Of a stretch of DNA of 64,000 nucleotides, positions 59,755 through 64,000 are shown one piece after another. The stretch lies in the IMG/VR virus record IMGVR_UViG_3300020469_005214, positions 64,001 through 128,000 of that record. One strand, written 5' to 3'. Both the position numbers and the translations under genes were made by a program. Below the pieces are notes generated by a model. It was not told where the DNA came from. It did not search any database and worked only from the letters and a program-made list of their open reading frames with translations. Positions within the stretch are counted from its first letter, which is position 1; each line of letters begins with the position of its first letter. This DNA comes from a virus.

Positions 59755-60650
59755 GGTATTCAGAATTTAAAACTGAAAAAGAATTCAAAAAATTTTTAAG
59801 AGATAATAAAATTTTAATTAAAGATTATTTCGAAAAATTTGAGCCTCGCTATGATTTATTTACCAATAGTCAGTTAGAATTCAAAGATCGAAAAACTTAT
59901 TTTAATATTGATTTTTCTGATAAAAGGCATATGGCTAAATGGCTGGGCGATCAGTACAAGGATGTGCAAAGAGAGTATATCTTAAAAAAGCTAAAGGCAA
60001 AGTCAAAAGAAAAGGAATGGAAGTTCGCGCCCTCTCAAGTAGAATGTAGGTCAACCAAAGAGATACCAGCATTAAACGTTATTAATTACTGCGAGGACGA
60101 CAAGATATGGCAAGAGCTAGGTCTTACTCGTAGATATCAATACAAGAGCTTTGAAGGGCAATTTTGTGGCATACAGGACAGTATTCTGGCAATTGACAGT
60201 AGAGAACAAAAGCCTCTTGAATTTAATACGCCAACTATAAAAAGCAAACTCGATTTTGGAGATTATTGCTTTGTAAATGAACCTTACTTTTGCAATGTTT
60301 TTATTGAGAGAAAATCTATTCAAGATTTATGGGGTACTATGTCTAAGGGTTACGATAGATTTCAGCGTGAAGTCGAAAGAGCCAAAAGTCAGAATGGATA
60401 CTTGGTAGTAGTAGTTGATTATACTTTTTCCAAGGCACAGTCCTACAACTATAATAAAAGACACTCCTTAGCAACTGCAGAATTTATATTTCATAGAATA
60501 AAAGATATTATGCAAAAATATGATAATATCCAATTTGTATTTTCTGGAGGAAGAGAAAACAGCGTACAGCTATTTGAAAAAATAGGTATGCTAGGAGAAA
60601 ATGTTAAAAATATTGATTTACAATATTGTTTAGACATGAAAAAAATTTAA
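59751..60650 (+). CDS. ERCC4-domain nuclease
   Basis: IDSREQ, GDY, IERKSIQD, RF.RE..R. Confidence 0.8.
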   Translation: MRYSEFKTEKEFKKFLRDNKILIKDYFEKFEPRYDLFTNSQLEFKDRKTYFNIDFSDKRHMAKWLGDQYKDVQREYILKKLKAKSKEKEWKFAPSQVECRSTKEIPALNVINYCEDDKIWQELGLTRRYQYKSFEGQFCGIQDSILAIDSREQKPLEFNTPTIKSKLDFGDYCFVNEPYFCNVFIERKSIQDLWGTMSKGYDRFQREVERAKSQNGYLVVVVDYTFSKAQSYNYNKRHSLATAEFIFHRIKDIMQKYDNIQFVFSGGRENSVQLFEKIGMLGENVKNIDLQYCLDMKKI

Positions 60651-60652
60651 TT

Positions 60653-62554
60653 ATGGCTTTTATAAAAGGAAACTTTGGAAATGATAAAGAAGATATTATT
60701 GATAAAATCAAAAATATCAAAGGAGACATCACAGAGACAGAATCTAGATTATTAGCTGCTGAGATATTTGAATCTCAGCCTGGTTTTTTGTATAATTTAT
60801 TAACAGGGGAAGAGCTATTTCCTTTTCAAATATTGAAATGCAAAATGTTCTCTGAAAGAGACATGTGCTTGGATATATCTGCTCGTGGTGCGGCTAAATC
60901 CTTCACTGCTGCCGTTTTTTGTCTTTACTATGCAATTACCCATCCTGGAGTTAAGATTCTTGTATTAGGCCCATCATTACGCCAATCTGCCATTATATTA
61001 TCTTATATCATGGATATTGCCAAAAAAGAGAATGCTCATTTTCTTAGACAATTTTTATCCAAAGATGCGTATAAAAGAAAACCAGAAAGACACTCTATAC
61101 AAATAGGGGATTCTGAAGTATTCGCTATGTCTTTGGGTGATGGAAAAAAGATTCGTGGTGCTCGTGCTCAAGTTATCATTTTGGACGAAGCGTTCGCAAT
61201 ACCCAACAATATTATTGATGAAGTTATTGGTCCGATGATGGTTGTTCGTGCCAATGTTTCTGAAATTAAGAAAATACGAGAAAAAGAGGATAAGATGATC
61301 GAAGCAGGTACGATGAAAGAATCAGATCGTCAAAAATTTGATAATAATAAGTTAATAATGCTTTCATCCGCTTGTTATGAGTTTGAACCTCTTTACAAGA
61401 GATTTAAAGAATATATTGACAAAATAAATGAACCTAGTTTTTTAAATACCAAGGAACATAATGAATCTGAACTATCATACGGTGTTGTAAATTTTGGGTG
61501 GGAGGCTATTCCAGACGAACTTCTTGCTAGAGGATATATTTTAGGGGAAAAGGCTAGAATGTCTGAGGATGCTTTTAGAAGAGAATATGAAGCTCAATTT
61601 TCTCCAGACTCCGCAGCATATTTTAAAATGTCTAAAATGATTGAATGCACTTTGCAACCGGGTGAATACCCTACAATCGAACTGAGAGGAGATGACAGGG
61701 ATAGATACGCCTATATACTAGGCATTGATCCTAATTATAAAAATTCTGAAGACTCAGACCACTTTGCAATGTGTTTAATGAAGGTGGACAAATCAAATAC
61801 TAAAATTGGATATGTAGTGCACAATTATGCTGTTGCAGGACTAAATTTAGACTCAACAATGAGATATTTACTTTATCTAGTTACTCACTTTAACATTGAG
61901 TATATTTGTTTGGACGCTGGTGGAGGTGAATCTTTCTTGGAGGGTTGTAATAATTCATCATTGTTCAAGAATCGAAATATAGAATTAAAAAGCTTTGATG
62001 CAGTATTTGATAAAGGAGAAAAAGAGTTAAGAGAATCCAAAAGACAATATGATCCTAAAAACAACGTAAAAGTTCATGTTCAAAACTTTCAGTCGAAATG
62101 GATTCGAGATGCAAACGAATATTTACAAATGTGTTTTGATCACAAAAAAGTTAGATTTGCATCTATGCCTATGGACTCAGATTTTGATTCTTTAAAGAAG
62201 TGTGACATACCAATTAAGGATATAGATTTTGCTACTAATATAGATCTAAGCGGATTGTCGGCTAACGATAAAAACAAAGAAAAGAAACGTCAATTTATTG
62301 AGCACCAAACATTTCTAATTGATCTGACAAAGAGTGAATGTGCAAATATAAACATTACTACTACAGCCCAAGGAACTCAATCTTTTGACTTGCCATCAGC
62401 ATTAAGGAAACAAACTGGAGCAGATAAAACTCGCAAAGATAATTATTCAGCCTTGCTTCTTGCAAATTGGGGTCGCAAATGTTATGAAACTTTACAGGAT
62501 GTTGCCGTAGAGAATGTAAACCCTTGGGATAATTACAGACCTCAGATGTTCTAA
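60653..62554 (+). CDS. terminase large subunit
   Basis: ARGAAKS Walker A, RG.R..IILDEA Walker B, FRREY.A.F, GIDP nuclease motif, RKD.YSA. Confidence 0.88.
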   Translation: MAFIKGNFGNDKEDIIDKIKNIKGDITETESRLLAAEIFESQPGFLYNLLTGEELFPFQILKCKMFSERDMCLDISARGAAKSFTAAVFCLYYAITHPGVKILVLGPSLRQSAIILSYIMDIAKKENAHFLRQFLSKDAYKRKPERHSIQIGDSEVFAMSLGDGKKIRGARAQVIILDEAFAIPNNIIDEVIGPMMVVRANVSEIKKIREKEDKMIEAGTMKESDRQKFDNNKLIMLSSACYEFEPLYKRFKEYIDKINEPSFLNTKEHNESELSYGVVNFGWEAIPDELLARGYILGEKARMSEDAFRREYEAQFSPDSAAYFKMSKMIECTLQPGEYPTIELRGDDRDRYAYILGIDPNYKNSEDSDHFAMCLMKVDKSNTKIGYVVHNYAVAGLNLDSTMRYLLYLVTHFNIEYICLDAGGGESFLEGCNNSSLFKNRNIELKSFDAVFDKGEKELRESKRQYDPKNNVKVHVQNFQSKWIRDANEYLQMCFDHKKVRFASMPMDSDFDSLKKCDIPIKDIDFATNIDLSGLSANDKNKEKKRQFIEHQTFLIDLTKSECANINITTTAQGTQSFDLPSALRKQTGADKTRKDNYSALLLANWGRKCYETLQDVAVENVNPWDNYRPQMF

Positions 62555-62841
62555 TCTTCTTTGATTTGCTCTATTTCTTTACGATGTTTGTCTACAATAT
62601 AACGCTCTTGTATAAGTATTTTTAGCTTCATATTTAAGCGTATCATATCGTTATCTAACGACTGAATCTGTTTCTTTAATTTGCCCAAAGAACCACCTGC
62701 ATTACCTAAAGCAGGATTTACTTTAGTAGTGACCCATTTCCATATATACCAAATAAAACTTCCAAGGCCGATTAAAGCAATAACGGGAAAACCAAACTTG
62801 GCTATCACATCTGCCCAATGATTAAATTCAAATCCACTCAT
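62551..62841 (-). CDS. small membrane protein (holin-like)
   Basis: FGFPV transmembrane segment plus coiled coil; paralog of 63301..63585. Confidence 0.55.
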   Translation of the reverse strand: MSGFEFNHWADVIAKFGFPVIALIGLGSFIWYIWKWVTTKVNPALGNAGGSLGKLKKQIQSLDNDMIRLNMKLKILIQERYIVDKHRKEIEQIKED

Positions 62842-62842
62842 A

Positions 62843-63076
62843 TTATTTTTCCTCGCTTTCTGGTGAACAGTCGCATCTACTTCTAGACATATATCCAGCT
62901 ACAATACCGATGATTCCTGTAATTGACATTTTTAATAAATTTATAACACCTTCGTCTACTGACTTGTTTTCTTTAAGAGATACATAGAAATCGCCAACAA
63001 CTATTACACCAAGTAAGCCCAATAAGCCAACAACTAAAATAAATATTATTTTATCTCTATTATTCATATTTAGCAT
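62843..63076 (-). CDS. two-TM membrane protein
   Basis: Two hydrophobic helices. Confidence 0.55.
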   Translation of the reverse strand: MLNMNNRDKIIFILVVGLLGLLGVIVVGDFYVSLKENKSVDEGVINLLKMSITGIIGIVAGYMSRSRCDCSPESEEK

Positions 63077-63308
63077 AACCTCTCGCTTGTACTTTTACAA
63101 TTCGGCGCTCCAAATCTCTCAATCTAGCACCTTGAAATAGCAATACATTTTGCTGACTTGCGATTTTAATTTCGTATTCTTCTATCTTTTTTTGTTGACC
63201 TACGATTATTAGAGTATTCTCTCTAATATCTTTATCTAAAAGATAAAAAGCTAACACAACTAGTAAAAGCAGTGTAGGAAAAATTATTTTTTTTATAGAT
63301 TTAATCAT
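63060..63308 (-). CDS. membrane-anchored coiled-coil protein
   Basis: N-terminal transmembrane segment plus coiled coil. Confidence 0.55.
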   Translation of the reverse strand: MIKSIKKIIFPTLLLLVVLAFYLLDKDIRENTLIIVGQQKKIEEYEIKIASQQNVLLFQGARLRDLERRIVKVQARGYAKYE

Positions 63309-63585
63309 CTCTACAATCTTCTTTTCCTTCGCTGGCGGCTATTCTATCAAGATTAGGTTCTACATTAAAGGCACTAGAAAATAATGCGTCAATTTTTACA
63401 ATGTCATTATTCATAACATCGCATTTATTTTCCAAAGATAATAAAGAATTGCCTATGCCAGAAATCTTGTCAGTAACTTGTGCTAAAATGAATTTTAAAA
63501 TGATAAACAAAAACCATCCAACAGCTAAGGCAGCAGTGATTGGCAAGCCAACCTTTTCCATAAATGATAGTATATCGCCAATCAT
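63301..63585 (-). CDS. small membrane protein (holin-like)
   Basis: VGLPI transmembrane segment; NNDIVKID. Confidence 0.55.
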   Translation of the reverse strand: MIGDILSFMEKVGLPITAALAVGWFLFIILKFILAQVTDKISGIGNSLLSLENKCDVMNNDIVKIDALFSSAFNVEPNLDRIAASEGKEDCRDD

Positions 63586-63977
63586 TATGCTTCTTTCTTT
63601 TTGATCATAGCTCTTATGCGGTTAGCTTGATTTTTATGTAAAGCTGATGCATTATCTAGCTGTCCAGCAATTTCTTTAAGCTCAGATATTGCTTCTTCTG
63701 ATGCTTTTGCTTTTTCTTTTACTTCTTCTTTTTCTTGTTTCTTAAGAATAGCTTTTTGCAATGCTAAAGGAAGCTTTTTTTGTTTTTCTGTAAGACCGCC
63801 TTCGCTAGTCTCATCGATTACTGGTTTCATTTTGATGTATTGCATAGCACAAGCTTTCATGGTTTCTTTTTCATCTTTGTCTTTTGTGTCCACCAATTCA
63901 TCATCATATTTAGAACAGATGCTCATAAATGCACCATAAAGATCTTCTTCTTTTTTCTTATCTTTTTTATAACTCAT
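63585..63977 (-). CDS. hypothetical protein
   Basis: 130-aa ORF with LTEKQKKLP.ALQ.AI motif. Confidence 0.6.
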   Translation of the reverse strand: MSYKKDKKKEEDLYGAFMSICSKYDDELVDTKDKDEKETMKACAMQYIKMKPVIDETSEGGLTEKQKKLPLALQKAILKKQEKEEVKEKAKASEEAISELKEIAGQLDNASALHKNQANRIRAMIKKKEA

Positions 63978-64000
63978 AATTAAATTTTTATTATTGATTG

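Noticed and set aside
1389-60323. Minus-strand and nested alternative-frame ORFs in the track (e.g. 5220-5576, 15854-16087, 39166-39576, 52525-52851)
   Set aside because: They are shadows of well-supported + strand genes, or low-complexity AT-rich frames without motifs.
1-64000. Stop-codon reassignment
   Set aside because: Core genes are full length in the standard code, all three stops are used, and no suppressor tRNA was seen.

Overview
This window is part of a large, very AT-rich lytic dsDNA phage genome in the standard genetic code. Almost everything is on the + strand until about 62.55 kb. Layout: glycosyltransferases and ribonucleotide reductase (1-7.4 kb); gmd, an ATE/Bpt-like aminoacyl-tRNA protein transferase, RecA, nucleases, DnaB, primase, ADP-heptose enzymes and a split DnaE polymerase (8.6-28.4 kb); a promoter-dense early region with two C5 methyltransferases, 3 tRNAs, many small ORFs and several non-coding structured elements (28.4-55.9 kb); then PhoH, a sigma factor, an ERCC4-type nuclease, terminase large subunit and convergent small membrane proteins. 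The most unusual signals are non-coding. (1) A 70-nt RNA consisting only of the tRNA-like domain of tmRNA. (2) A ~600-nt ORF-free structured RNA closed by a 9-bp terminal helix. (3) A candidate antisense sRNA whose hairpin loop is complementary to an AACCAC motif in many early 5' leaders. (4) A conserved, covarying structured leader in front of two 270-aa DUF932-like paralogs. (5) Modular intergenic cassettes at 49-55 kb built from hairpins with variable stems but an invariant GC-TTG-GC cap, GTATY-N9-GATAC palindromes and tandem LysR/OxyR-type boxes. (6) A TGTAATA-N6-start-codon promoter class. All protein calls are by-eye motif recognition and all counts are by hand; no database search was run.
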